Shown here: positions 27,037-36,449 of the stretch, piece after piece
Numbering within the stretch: the first letter of the stretch is position 1
Layout: every line of letters begins with the position of its first letter
DNA from: Myxococcota bacterium
GTDB taxonomy: Bacteria > Myxococcota_C > UBA6777
NCBI GenBank assembly: GCA_023150835.1
Contig: JAKLKB010000055.1
Coordinates: forward strand, 1-54,619
Direction: 5' to 3'
DNA: 54,619 nt
Notes under the pieces: model-generated
The model's database searches: none
Seen by the model: only the letters and a program-made list of their open reading frames with translations
Told to the model about the DNA's origin: nothing
Translations under genes and position numbers: made by a program

Positions 27037-28854
27037 ATGACACAGACGCTCCATTATCACAGTAACCTCCGCGATATCTTGTTTAATTTGTTTGAAGTCT
27101 TTCGCGTGCAAGACACCAGTTTGGGGAAGGGTCCATACAGCCATCTCGATGCAGAGACGGTGCAGGAGATATTGACGACTTTTGAAGAGGTGGCGCGCAA
27201 AGAACTGGCGTTGAGCTTCGCAGAGTCCGATCGTGTACCGTTGCGTCTTGATGCGGAAGGCAACGTGTTTCTACCCGAAGGGCTGAAAGGGGCCTTGAAA
27301 ACGTACTACGATGGAGACTGGCACAAGCTGGAATTGCCCGAACATCTAGGTGGATCAGCGGCTCCTCCGTCAGTGGTGTGGGCGGCTTTTGAGATGTTGA
27401 TCGGTGCAAACCCGGGTGTGGCTTTTTATGTGTTTGGCACCTTTATGGCCCGAATCATCGACCGCTTGGCCACCGAAGCTCAAAAGAAGCGGTTTCTTGG
27501 GGGGCTGGTAGAGCGACGCTGGGGCGGAACGATGGTCTTGACCGAACCTGACGCAGGAAGCGATGTGGGCGCAGGAACCACAAAAGCCCGCTGCCTCGAC
27601 GGGGATATCTGGGAGATCGAAGGCGTTAAGCGCTTTATCACCAACGGCGACTACGACGCGACAGAAAATATCATCCACATGGTGCTTGCGCGGCCCGAAG
27701 GTGCTGCCGCAGGAACCAAGGGACTGTCGTTGTTTATCGTCCCGAAGTTTTGGGTCCACGAAGACGGCACGTTGGGCGAACGCAACGGCGTGTACTGTAG
27801 CAACCTCGAAAAGAAGATGGGGATCAAAGGCTCGGCGACGTGCGAGTTGACCTTTGGTGATCGCCATCCTGCGCGGGGTTTGCTGCTTGGCAACGTCCAC
27901 AACGGTATCCGTCAGATGTTTCATATCATCGAACAGGCGCGGATGGCTGTGGGGATGAAGTCGATGTCTACGCTGTCTACGGGCTATCTGAATGCTTTGG
28001 CTTACACCAAAGAGCGCATCCAAGGCCCTGATCTTCTCGCGATCATGGACAAATCTTCGCCACGTGTGCCGATTATCCGGCATCCTGACGTGCGCAGGAT
28101 GTTGATGAGCCAAAAAGCCCATGCCGAGGGCATGCGCGCACTTTGTTTGTATACTTCAACTCTTCAAGATCAAGTCGAGATCGCAGGCGGACACGGAGCC
28201 GAAGCCGCGCAGCGCTTCGATCAACGCAACGACTTGCTCTTGCCATTGGTCAAGGGATACTGCTCTGAAAAAGCCTACGAACAACTGAACTTGTCGTTGC
28301 AATGCTTCGGTGGTTCGGGCTATTTGCAAGATTACCCCATCGAACAATACATCCGCGATCAAAAGATCGACACCCTTTACGAAGGCACCACCCACATCCA
28401 AGCGCTGGATCTGTTCTTTCGCAAAGTCGCACGCGATGGCGGCGAAACCTTGCGGGAACTCTTGGGTGATATCCGCCAAACCCTCCAAGAGACCGCAGGT
28501 ATCGCAGATCTCGCGGTGAGCCACCAACACCTCACGACGGCTCTCGGTCATTTCGAAGCCATCATGATGAATATGCTTGATAAAGTCGGCGAATCTTTCT
28601 ACCACGTCGGACTCCAAGGAAATCGCTTGCTCTTTGGGCTGGCCGAACTGGTGATCGGCTGGCTGCTTTTGCGCCAAGCTGCTGTCGCTCACACCAAACT
28701 CCAACACGCTCCCCATGAGTCAAACTTTTATTCCGCCAAGCTCGCCACCGCACGCTTCTTTTGCTCACAAGTCCTCCCACAAATGGGACTTGTGCGCGAT
28801 CTCATCCGCTCTGGTGATCTCGCCCTCATGGAACTCGACGAGCAATGCTTCTAA
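27037..28854 (+). CDS. Acyl-CoA dehydrogenase (long, about 600-aa FadE5-like type)
   Basis: GTMVLTEPDAGSDVG, GVKRFIT, GTKGLSLFIVPK, EKKMGIKGSATC, HPDVRRML, CFGGSGY, LYEGTTHIQALD. Confidence 0.93.
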   Translation: MTQTLHYHSNLRDILFNLFEVFRVQDTSLGKGPYSHLDAETVQEILTTFEEVARKELALSFAESDRVPLRLDAEGNVFLPEGLKGALKTYYDGDWHKLELPEHLGGSAAPPSVVWAAFEMLIGANPGVAFYVFGTFMARIIDRLATEAQKKRFLGGLVERRWGGTMVLTEPDAGSDVGAGTTKARCLDGDIWEIEGVKRFITNGDYDATENIIHMVLARPEGAAAGTKGLSLFIVPKFWVHEDGTLGERNGVYCSNLEKKMGIKGSATCELTFGDRHPARGLLLGNVHNGIRQMFHIIEQARMAVGMKSMSTLSTGYLNALAYTKERIQGPDLLAIMDKSSPRVPIIRHPDVRRMLMSQKAHAEGMRALCLYTSTLQDQVEIAGGHGAEAAQRFDQRNDLLLPLVKGYCSEKAYEQLNLSLQCFGGSGYLQDYPIEQYIRDQKIDTLYEGTTHIQALDLFFRKVARDGGETLRELLGDIRQTLQETAGIADLAVSHQHLTTALGHFEAIMMNMLDKVGESFYHVGLQGNRLLFGLAELVIGWLLLRQAAVAHTKLQHAPHESNFYSAKLATARFFCSQVLPQMGLVRDLIRSGDLALMELDEQCF

Positions 28855-29616
28855 TCTTGATCCTGCCCCCGCCCTCGGCCCTGTTTGCTTCATCGCAACC
28901 CCCAAGCCACCGATGCTTTTCGCTTCTCAAAAATTTTTCTTGCTTTGCGCTTGCCAAGCCAAATGAATTATGATATCCCTCTGCCCTCTCCGAGAATGGA
29001 GGTTTTTGGGCTATCCAAAAAGACAGCCTTTTCAAAAACAACCTGCCCAAGCGACTTCTGCGCCGCACTATACCACACAACTTGAACCTCTTTGCGTGCG
29101 CTCTCGTCTTCTTTGCGTTTTGTTTTTGCTTGCTTCTGTCTCCAACACGGTAAGGCGCACAGTTCAACGTTGAGCAGCCTGCGCTGAGATGGGCCGAACC
29201 TCTCTTCTCTTTCGGGACCATCCTTTTTGCCCAAAAGGATGCAACAAACACCTTGCTCTTTTTCAATCCTATCCTTCCTGACAAGCCTTTGTATCGGTTG
29301 CTTTTTTGTCAGATCTCGCTTTTGCGCGTTCCCATCCACAAAAGCATACGTTCTGCGATGGCTCCTTGTCAGTGTTGATCAACCAAGTTATGATCCGAGG
29401 GCCTTTGTTGGGAGTCGGGTGACCGGCTGCTCTTTGCTTCGTCCCTTACCAAGTCTCTCTTGTTTTTTTTTGCTCTCAGTTTGATGGGGTTATCGCGCAC
29501 AAAATGCACGTCGTGACACATCCATCTCTTTGTCAAACCACACCATCAAACCCCTACAGGCGAGGGAGATATCCCCGCTTCTTCAAAGGCACACAGCTAG
29601 TTAAGGTGATACGGAA

Positions 29617-31560
29617 ATGGCACAATACATCCTCCGACGCCCAAGCCGCGAATCGAACCCTCTTGCAGCGAGTACACCGACCATGACCGATGAACGTTCA
29701 TCCAAAGTGTCCGCTGCAAAAAAGGAAACGCGCCAAGCAGAGAGGAAGATCCCACAGCACAACGCTCCCGAAAGCACGGAAAGCAAGGCCCCTGAAAAGC
29801 GCCGCAGAATCATCGTTGAGACTCCGATCTCTCAAAGTCTCAAACGGGCCGAAGAGCGCAATGCCGAGCCACGAGCAGAGCGAGACAGTCCGCAATACGC
29901 AGAGAGCAACACCGAAACAAAAACGCGACAGCCCTCCGCCCAAAAAACAGAACCCAAAACGGAGCGCACTCTTGCACAAAAAGTCGAGCAAAAGGCTCCT
30001 GCACAAAAAGTCGAGCAAAAGGCTCCTGCACAAAAAGTCGAGCAAAAAGCTCCTACACAAAAAGTCGAGCAAAAAGCTCCTACACAAAAAGTCGAGCAAA
30101 AAGCTCCTACACAAAAAGTCGAGCAAAAAGCTCCTACACAAAAAGTCGAGCAAAAAGCTCCTACACAAAAAGTAGCCGTGCCCAAGGCCGAGCCAAAGGC
30201 TTCTGCGCAAAAAGTCGTAAAAACCGAGCAAAAAGCAGCCGCGCCCAAGACCGAGCGAAAGGCTTCTGTGCAAAAAGCGGAGCGTAAAACCAAGCACGAA
30301 GACGAAGCCGTACTGGGTTCTTCGGAAGAAGACGAAGAGCTTGAGGGTGTGTTGCTTGGAGAAGACGAAGAAGAACTTGCGTTGGATGAGGACGCACATC
30401 CTTCGGAAAATCTTGATGAACCCGAAGAAGAGTTTGAACCGCCTCTCAGCGACGAGGCGATCTTGATGGGTCGCCCCGGGGCCGATATCGACGAAGAGTT
30501 GGAGCGCGAACTCGAAGAAGAGAAAAATCTACCGAGCGAAAAACTGCTCAAAAATATCTCGGCAACGCGCCAAGATCTGGATATCGTTCGGATGTATCTG
30601 CGCGATATCAGCAAACATCCTCCAATTACCCGCGAGGATGAGATCTCGCTTGGAAAGCGCATCTCCGAAGGGCAAGCCGCTGAGCGCGAGAGGAAGACCT
30701 GCGAAGGAGTCGAGCGTGTTGATTTGGCTCGGCTGATCAACATCGGTGAACTCGCCCGAAAAAAACTTGTCCGCAGCAATCTTCGCCTCGTTGTGAGCGT
30801 CGCCAAGCGTTATCTTGGTCGTGGTCTGAACTTCCTTGACTTGATCCAAGAAGGAAACGTCGGCCTTTTGCGCGCTGTTGAAAAGTTCGATCACGCTTTG
30901 GGCTACCGCTTCAGCACTTACGCGATCTGGTGGATTCGTCAGGCGATCAGTCGTGCATTGGCCGGCCAAACCCGCACGATCCGTCTTCCGATGCACATGG
31001 TCGAAGTGAGCAAAAAGCATCGACGTATCCGCAACGCACTCTTTCAAAAACTCGGACGTGAGCCGAGTTCCGAAGAGTTGGCGATCGAGCTTGGCTTGCT
31101 TGATCCCGTAGATGCCGAGCAGATCGAATCCCATTGGGAATCGGGAACCCCGTTGCCTCGGGTCTTGAGTTTACGGCTCGAACAAGCCGTCCTCAAGGTC
31201 TCCGATATCCAACGCTTGAATCAGGAGCCTTTGAGCCTCGAAGCACCTCTTGCACACGAAGACAGCACGTCGCTTGCGGACTTTATCAAAGACGAAAGTG
31301 TCCCAGCCCCAATGGAACACGCTCGTCAACAATCTCTCAAGGAACAAATGGGTAAATATCTCGAAGAACTCGATGATCGCGAACGACGTGTATTGACCAT
31401 GCGTTTCGGACTCGAAGATGGTATCCCCCATACGCTCGAAGAGATCGGCAAGATCTTGAACGTCACCCGCGAGCGTGTCCGACAGCTTGAAATGAAAGCC
31501 TTGCGGAAACTGCGCCATCCTCGCCGAAGCAGCGAACTCCACAAACATCTCGAATACTAG
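29617..31560 (+). CDS. RpoD/SigA-family sigma70 factor with long repeat-rich and acidic N-terminus
   Basis: Region 1.2 DIVRMYLRDI; region 2 NLRLVVSVAKRY..DLIQEGN..YRFSTYAIWWIRQA; region 4 TLEEIG..VTRERVRQLEMKALRKLRHP. Start uncertain (29617 or 29683). Confidence 0.92.
   Translation: MAQYILRRPSRESNPLAASTPTMTDERSSKVSAAKKETRQAERKIPQHNAPESTESKAPEKRRRIIVETPISQSLKRAEERNAEPRAERDSPQYAESNTETKTRQPSAQKTEPKTERTLAQKVEQKAPAQKVEQKAPAQKVEQKAPTQKVEQKAPTQKVEQKAPTQKVEQKAPTQKVEQKAPTQKVAVPKAEPKASAQKVVKTEQKAAAPKTERKASVQKAERKTKHEDEAVLGSSEEDEELEGVLLGEDEEELALDEDAHPSENLDEPEEEFEPPLSDEAILMGRPGADIDEELERELEEEKNLPSEKLLKNISATRQDLDIVRMYLRDISKHPPITREDEISLGKRISEGQAAERERKTCEGVERVDLARLINIGELARKKLVRSNLRLVVSVAKRYLGRGLNFLDLIQEGNVGLLRAVEKFDHALGYRFSTYAIWWIRQAISRALAGQTRTIRLPMHMVEVSKKHRRIRNALFQKLGREPSSEELAIELGLLDPVDAEQIESHWESGTPLPRVLSLRLEQAVLKVSDIQRLNQEPLSLEAPLAHEDSTSLADFIKDESVPAPMEHARQQSLKEQMGKYLEELDDRERRVLTMRFGLEDGIPHTLEEIGKILNVTRERVRQLEMKALRKLRHPRRSSELHKHLEY
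29974..30174 (+). repeat. Intragenic 27-bp tandem repeat x7 plus partial (encodes [A/T]QKVEQKAP)
   Basis: Units start at 29974, 30001, 30028, 30055, 30082, 30109, 30136. Confidence 0.97.
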
Positions 31561-31660
31561 CGCCCAACACCTCCGCGAATACCAGCACCCCCACAAAGCC
31601 GAGATCCCGACACCCCCACGAAGCCGAGATCCCAAAATCCCTCTACCACCGAGTTTTCAG

Positions 31661-32356
31661 ATGATGAAATCTTTGCCTTTTCTCCTGTTGTTTGGAGCAC
31701 TTTTGCTTCTTGTTGCTTGTCAACAACAAGACAACGCTGGACCTCGTATCCCCATCCCGATCCCTCCACATGGTATCAGCGATGTTGTTGCAGAAGGCCG
31801 CCAACCCAAACAAAACAACGCACCTGCCCCACAAACAACGATGGGAACGCCATACTCTGCGCCTACCTCAGCCTCACCAAGCGATGCCGAGCTTTTTGCG
31901 ATCGCTGGCATCCAATGGAAAACCCCCAAGGGATGGCGTCTTCAGCGATCACCAAGCCCCATGCGCCTTGCGACTTATTTCTTACCGAACCACGCCGCAG
32001 GGACCGCAACCTGTGCGCTGTTTTATTTTGGTCGTGGTCAAGGCGGAAGCATCCAAGCCAATCTCGACCGATGGGTCGGGCAGTTTGCCAAAGACCCCGC
32101 AACACAACGCACCAAAAAGATCGAAAAGTCCCTTTACAACGGGCTTTCCGTACACATCGTCGAGATCTCAGGGCCTTATTCCGATGGCATGGGGCCGATG
32201 GCGTCCGCTTCGCCTCGCCCAAACCAACGGATGCTCGGGGCGATCGTCGAAGCTCCCGAAGGCCCTGTCTTTTTCAAATGTGTCGGACCAGACGCCTCGA
32301 TCCAACAGGCTCGCGGTGGTTTCTCTGTGCTTCTACAGTCCGTCCAACGCAAGTGA
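31661..32356 (+). CDS. Hypothetical lipoprotein
   Basis: Lipobox LLVAC; globular segment WKTPKGW..MRLAT..GGSIQANLDRWVGQF..MLGAIV..FFKCVGP. Confidence 0.75.
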   Translation: MMKSLPFLLLFGALLLLVACQQQDNAGPRIPIPIPPHGISDVVAEGRQPKQNNAPAPQTTMGTPYSAPTSASPSDAELFAIAGIQWKTPKGWRLQRSPSPMRLATYFLPNHAAGTATCALFYFGRGQGGSIQANLDRWVGQFAKDPATQRTKKIEKSLYNGLSVHIVEISGPYSDGMGPMASASPRPNQRMLGAIVEAPEGPVFFKCVGPDASIQQARGGFSVLLQSVQRK

Positions 32357-32402
32357 TCCATCGCGCACCACTTTCTTCCCCGCCTATCCGCATCCATCCC
32401 GC

Positions 32403-32587
32403 TTATACGATATCCGAGCCACGTGTACACAAAGGAAAGTGCGTAGACGCCCGATTGTTGGGCACGCGGGGCTGCCCCTACATCTTGCGATCACGCCAAA
32501 GGAGAGTGCGTAGACGCCCGATTGTTGGGCATCCACGCGGGGCTGCCCCTACATCTTGCGATCACGCTATGGGCGGATTTCGTATAA
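32403..32587 (-). repeat. MITE/REP-like family B copy with duplicated core
   Basis: Ends ttatacgatatccg / cggatttcgtataa; two gtagacgcccgattgttgggc...gctgcccctac cores near 32443 and 32510. Confidence 0.82.
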
Positions 32588-32592
32588 CGCCT

Positions 32593-32664
32593 CTCTCAGC
32601 CCCACTTCGGGCGTTATCGCAAACGCCGCTCTCAGCCCCACTTCGGGCGTTATCGCAAACGCCG
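32593..32664. repeat. 36-bp tandem duplication
   Basis: ctctcagccccacttcgggcgttatcgcaaacgccg x2, directly after the family B element. Confidence 0.9.
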
Positions 32665-32891
32665 CACTTCTTCTCTCTCGGCCCCGCACATCCTTGTCTT
32701 TTTCTTAGAAAATACGTAGGTTAAAACCCTCTTTCCGCTTGGGGCGAACGCAAACCAACACGGATCTGCACTTTGTTGATCGGCCCGTTGGTTCGGTCGT
32801 TTGGGCGGTACGCTCGTTGCTCACAAGCAAATTTTTTGCCTACACCCACCGTCTTTTGGTGGCTCCCTTGTCCACAAAGGAGACGCATCGT

Positions 32892-33506
32892 ATGTGCCGT
32901 CGTCTGTTTGTTTTTTGCGTCGGTTGGTTGGTCGGATACAGCGCGTTTGCCGCACACGCCAAGCCTTCCTTTTCTTTTCCTTTCCCCACAGCCCTCACGC
33001 TCCACAGCAAAACCGAGATCCCTCGCTTGACGCTCGCTTATCACGGATCTCTCGGCACCGCACAACAAGCGCAGACCGTCCCAACACCTCCTCAAACCCC
33101 CATGCCTGCCTTCGATCAGACTTATCTGTATTTTACCATCGGGTTGTTGGCGGGTTCCCTTGTGGTGGGTATCGGTGAGACCATCACCCGCCAAGTCGGG
33201 GGTGATCCGCTTGGATGGCAGATCGCAGGTGTGCTGTTGAACGGTGCTGGAACCGTATACAACGCCGTGATCATGTCGCAGATGCTTTCGCAGATCCAAG
33301 AACCCATGATCCAAGCGCTGTTTTGGGCCAGCCTGATCGCAAGCGGTATCGGCTTTCTCGTCTCTGTCGTCCAACTCATCATCCAGATCCACCGCCGCAT
33401 GAACAAGCCCAAAGAGATCCCAAAACCTGTGGCTCTCGTCCCTTGGGGAGATATCGACGAACGCGGAAACCCCCGCGCAGGACTCGCACTCGTCGGCCAC
33501 TTCTGA
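32892..33506 (+). CDS. Hypothetical signal-peptide/membrane protein ending GLALVGHF
   Basis: AAAGGAG SD before MCRRL; signal-like N-terminus (AHA|K); three hydrophobic segments. Confidence 0.7.
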   Translation: MCRRLFVFCVGWLVGYSAFAAHAKPSFSFPFPTALTLHSKTEIPRLTLAYHGSLGTAQQAQTVPTPPQTPMPAFDQTYLYFTIGLLAGSLVVGIGETITRQVGGDPLGWQIAGVLLNGAGTVYNAVIMSQMLSQIQEPMIQALFWASLIASGIGFLVSVVQLIIQIHRRMNKPKEIPKPVALVPWGDIDERGNPRAGLALVGHF

Positions 33507-33584
33507 GCCAACGGCATCGTCTTGCAAGAGCGAGAGGGGGTTGGTCTCGCGCAGGACGCGCACTCGTCGGCCACTTCTGAGCCA
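33474..33584 (+). repeat. 37-bp direct repeat pair separated by 37 bp
   Basis: cgcgcaggac(t/g)cgcactcgtcggccacttctgagcca at 33474-33510 and 33548-33584. Confidence 0.9.
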
Positions 33585-33586
33585 CT

Positions 33587-34573
33587 TCACTCACGCGGAA
33601 GCTGATCAGGACACATCCGTAACGTCCCATACCCCGCAAAAAGCTCGCCTGTCGTGTGACGCCAACGCTTTGAATAACGGCGGCTCGGTTTTCTTAATTG
33701 ACTCACAAGATACGAATTGAATGTGCGTTGTTTTCCCCCATCCATCCGCTTATAAAGCGATGGCTCGGCGCGGTACATAAAGATCTCGTGAACGGTGGGG
33801 CGTGGGCTGTACCCCGTATGAAGTATCCTTACCCGACCATCCGCATCCAGCCCATCGACGATCCCGACGTGCGTCAGCGGGTCGTCTTCAAGATCGCGAT
33901 TGCGATTGCGATCCACCGTCGCATGCCAGAACACAACATCACCTTGCTTGGGTTCGCCTCGGTGGATGTACCCGTACTTTTGGAAAAAGTGGAACAGTGC
34001 AAACGTACCGCTTGAACCCCGATACCCCGAAGATGCGAACGCATCGATCCCAAACCGCGAAAACACACAACGCAGCCAACCCGCGCAATTGCTCCGATAC
34101 GAGGCGTTCTGTGCTGCGCTTGTGCAGCGCGCCCACAAACGACCTCGATCCCGTCGAGCCATGCGCACGATCCGTTGCCTACATCCTCCTAGCGGCGGAG
34201 AAGACACCACAGGCAACGCTGCTTCCCACATCCGCAAGGGCATCCATGCCCGTATCTGGGGGGGCAATTGGTCTGCGCCCGGCCCATCATACAGGCGCGA
34301 TCGCAACGCTGGTGGAGCCAAGACGGAAGCCGATGCTTCGAGAAAAGGCGGGTGTTCGTCGATATCATCAAGGCTTGGTGGAAGGACGTGGATCGGCGGG
34401 CGGGTGGGAGGAGGGGTGTGTCGTGTGAGGGTGCGCTGTTGTGTACATCCGATCTCCAAGATCGAGGCCACAAGGATCAAACCGAAGAAGCCGACCACAC
34501 CCCACGAAAGAGAAGGGGGCCATGTTCTTTTTGCGTTCGCTTGCTTGTTGTTTGGTTGTTCCCATCGCAGCAT
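33587..34573 (-). CDS. CHAP/NlpC-P60-like cysteine amidase (exported)
   Basis: NCAGW (catalytic Cys), GDVVFWH, THVGIV (His); N-terminal hydrophobic segment with possible lipid-Cys; GGAGG before MLRWE. Confidence 0.78.
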   Translation of the reverse strand: MLRWEQPNNKQANAKRTWPPSLSWGVVGFFGLILVASILEIGCTQQRTLTRHTPPPTRPPIHVLPPSLDDIDEHPPFLEASASVLAPPALRSRLYDGPGADQLPPQIRAWMPLRMWEAALPVVSSPPLGGCRQRIVRMARRDRGRLWARCTSAAQNASYRSNCAGWLRCVFSRFGIDAFASSGYRGSSGTFALFHFFQKYGYIHRGEPKQGDVVFWHATVDRNRNRDLEDDPLTHVGIVDGLDADGRVRILHTGYSPRPTVHEIFMYRAEPSLYKRMDGGKQRTFNSYLVSQLRKPSRRYSKRWRHTTGELFAGYGTLRMCPDQLPRE

Positions 34574-34676
34574 CTTGCCTCCTTGCACGTTGTTTCTGCG
34601 GTTTTTTCTGCAAAACCACACCACATACCCACAAAAAGGCTACCACAACCCTCCGCAAAAAACAAAAAGCGATGGC

Positions 34677-34793
34677 TTATACGAAATCCGCCCATCGTGT
34701 GACCCTAACGGTGTAGGGGCAGACAGGTGTGACTGCCCAAGAATCGGGCGTCTACGCGATATCTTACGATCACACTTCACTCGGATATCGCAT
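34677..34793 (+). repeat. MITE/REP-like family B copy abutting the argG stop
   Basis: ttatacgaaatccg ... gtaggggcagacaggtgtgactgcccaagaatcgggcgtctac ... cggatatcgcat. Confidence 0.8.
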
Positions 34794-36016
34794 CATTCGC
34801 CGAGGATGACTTTGTGAGCGCGCAAACGCAACGCGTTGAGTTGGATGAAGCCCGCTGCATCCTTCTGATCGTAGCCGCCCTCCACATCCATCGAAGACAA
34901 CTCTTGATTGTACAACGAACTCGGCGAGAAACGGCCTTGGATCATCACGTTTCCTCTGTACAATTCAAGATTCACATAACCATCGATCAAACTTTCCGCT
35001 TGGGTGAATGCCGCTCGCAAAAAGTCCATCTCCGGGCTAAACCAAAAACCGTTGTAGATCAACTCTGCAAACTTGGGGGCCAAGCTGTTTCGCAGGCGCA
35101 TGACTTCGCGATCCATCGCGATGCCTTCGAGGTCGCGCAAGGCGTGGTGCAAGATCGTTCCGCCCGGTGTTTCGTACACACCACGCGACTTGATCCCAAC
35201 AAAGCGGTTCTCCACGATATCGATCCGACCGACACCATGAAGGCTTCCAAGATCGTTGAGGTAAGAAAACAACGCCCAAGGCTCTTCTTTTCGTGTCCCA
35301 TCGTCCAAATTTTCCACCGCGACAGGTAACGCATCTTTGAACTCCACCTTCAAACGGCATCCTTCTTCAGGAGCGTTGCGCGGTGAACGTGTCAGCCGAT
35401 AGATATCTTCGGGCGGCGTCAACAGCGGATCTTCGAGCATCCCAGCCTCATAGCTTTTGTGCATCAAGTTTTCGTCCGTACTATAGGGCTTTTCTGCGGT
35501 GGCTTCGACAGGAATCGCATTCTCTTTGGCATAACGGATCAGATCCTGGCGACCTTTGAAACGCTCCAAAAACGAAGACTCTTTCCAAGGAGCGATCACT
35601 TTCAACTGCGGAGCAAGCGCTGCATACGCCAACTCGAAACGCACTTGATCGTTGCCTTTGCCCGTCGAACCGTGAGAAACATATCTCGCGTTTTCTTTTA
35701 ACGCGATCTCCACTTGGCGACGCGCAATCAACGGGCGCGCCAACGATGTCCCCAACAGATAACGACCTTCATACACCGCATTTCCCGCAATCGCCGGAAA
35801 AATGAAATCCGTCACGAACTCTCTTTGCAAGTCTTCGACGTACACCTTCGATGCACCCGTCTCCAACGCACGCAACTTCAAACTCTCAAAGTTTTCCTTT
35901 TGACCCACATCCGCAACGTAAGCGATCACATCATAGCCACGCTCTTGCAAGATCTTCAAAATACATGAGGTGTCCAATCCACCACTGTAGGCCAATACAA
36001 CTTTTTCTCGACTCAT
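34793..36016 (-). CDS. argG: Argininosuccinate synthase
   Basis: [72 protein letters not shown]. Confidence 0.97.
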   Translation of the reverse strand: MSREKVVLAYSGGLDTSCILKILQERGYDVIAYVADVGQKENFESLKLRALETGASKVYVEDLQREFVTDFIFPAIAGNAVYEGRYLLGTSLARPLIARRQVEIALKENARYVSHGSTGKGNDQVRFELAYAALAPQLKVIAPWKESSFLERFKGRQDLIRYAKENAIPVEATAEKPYSTDENLMHKSYEAGMLEDPLLTPPEDIYRLTRSPRNAPEEGCRLKVEFKDALPVAVENLDDGTRKEEPWALFSYLNDLGSLHGVGRIDIVENRFVGIKSRGVYETPGGTILHHALRDLEGIAMDREVMRLRNSLAPKFAELIYNGFWFSPEMDFLRAAFTQAESLIDGYVNLELYRGNVMIQGRFSPSSLYNQELSSMDVEGGYDQKDAAGFIQLNALRLRAHKVILGE

Positions 36017-36102
36017 CTTTTGTTTCTCCTTCGCGCCTCTTGCGCTCCAATCCTCGCCTTCTCTCTGCGAACATCGCGCACTTCTCGGCAAACGGTCGCG
36101 TG

Positions 36103-36131
36103 TGCTAACACACCCTACTATCCCCTGTCAA
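36103..36131 (-). promoter_or_regulatory. Candidate sigma70 promoter for argG
   Basis: Perfect TTGACA (36131-36126) followed after 17-18 nt by a weak TG-preceded TTAGCA/TAGCAC. Confidence 0.35.
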
Positions 36132-36265
36132 CTCCTGATCCTTTTCTCTCCACGTGACTCCGCGCTTCAACCCAAATCCCCCGCACAACCGAAGAAAAAA
36201 CATCACTTCTTTCTCCTCACACATCCCCGCGCTTTTTTTGAGATGAAAAAAATACGAAAAAATCC

Positions 36266-36293
36266 TTGAAAAAAACAAAACACCCTTTATTAT
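36266..36293 (+). promoter_or_regulatory. Candidate sigma70 promoter for the AT-hook gene
   Basis: TTGAAA-16 nt-TATTAT with upstream A-tracts (UP-element-like). Confidence 0.45.
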
Positions 36294-36449
36294 CGTTTCA
36301 CATGATCTGCAATACGTTTTGCGTTTGCTTGCGTCTCTCGTTGTTCCTCTACCTTACTTTGCCGAAAAAGCCTTGTCTTTTCAATCCGTAAAAACACGCC
36401 GCCCCCGTTGACTACTGTTTGATTCGACGAAAAAACATACTTTTGATAC

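Noticed and set aside
28855-29616. About 760-bp intergenic region as ncRNA or small gene
   Set aside because: No convincing SD-led ORF, stable structure or known RNA motif seen by eye; an Rfam scan would settle it.
31586-31640. Short direct repeat (ccccac.aagccgagatccc x2) after the sigma gene as a terminator or operator
   Set aside because: No inverted symmetry or U-tract; most simply a small local duplication.
33474-33584. Possible mini-CRISPR array
   Set aside because: Only two repeats, the first is coding sequence with a stop codon, and there is no leader or cas gene. Kept only as a direct repeat.
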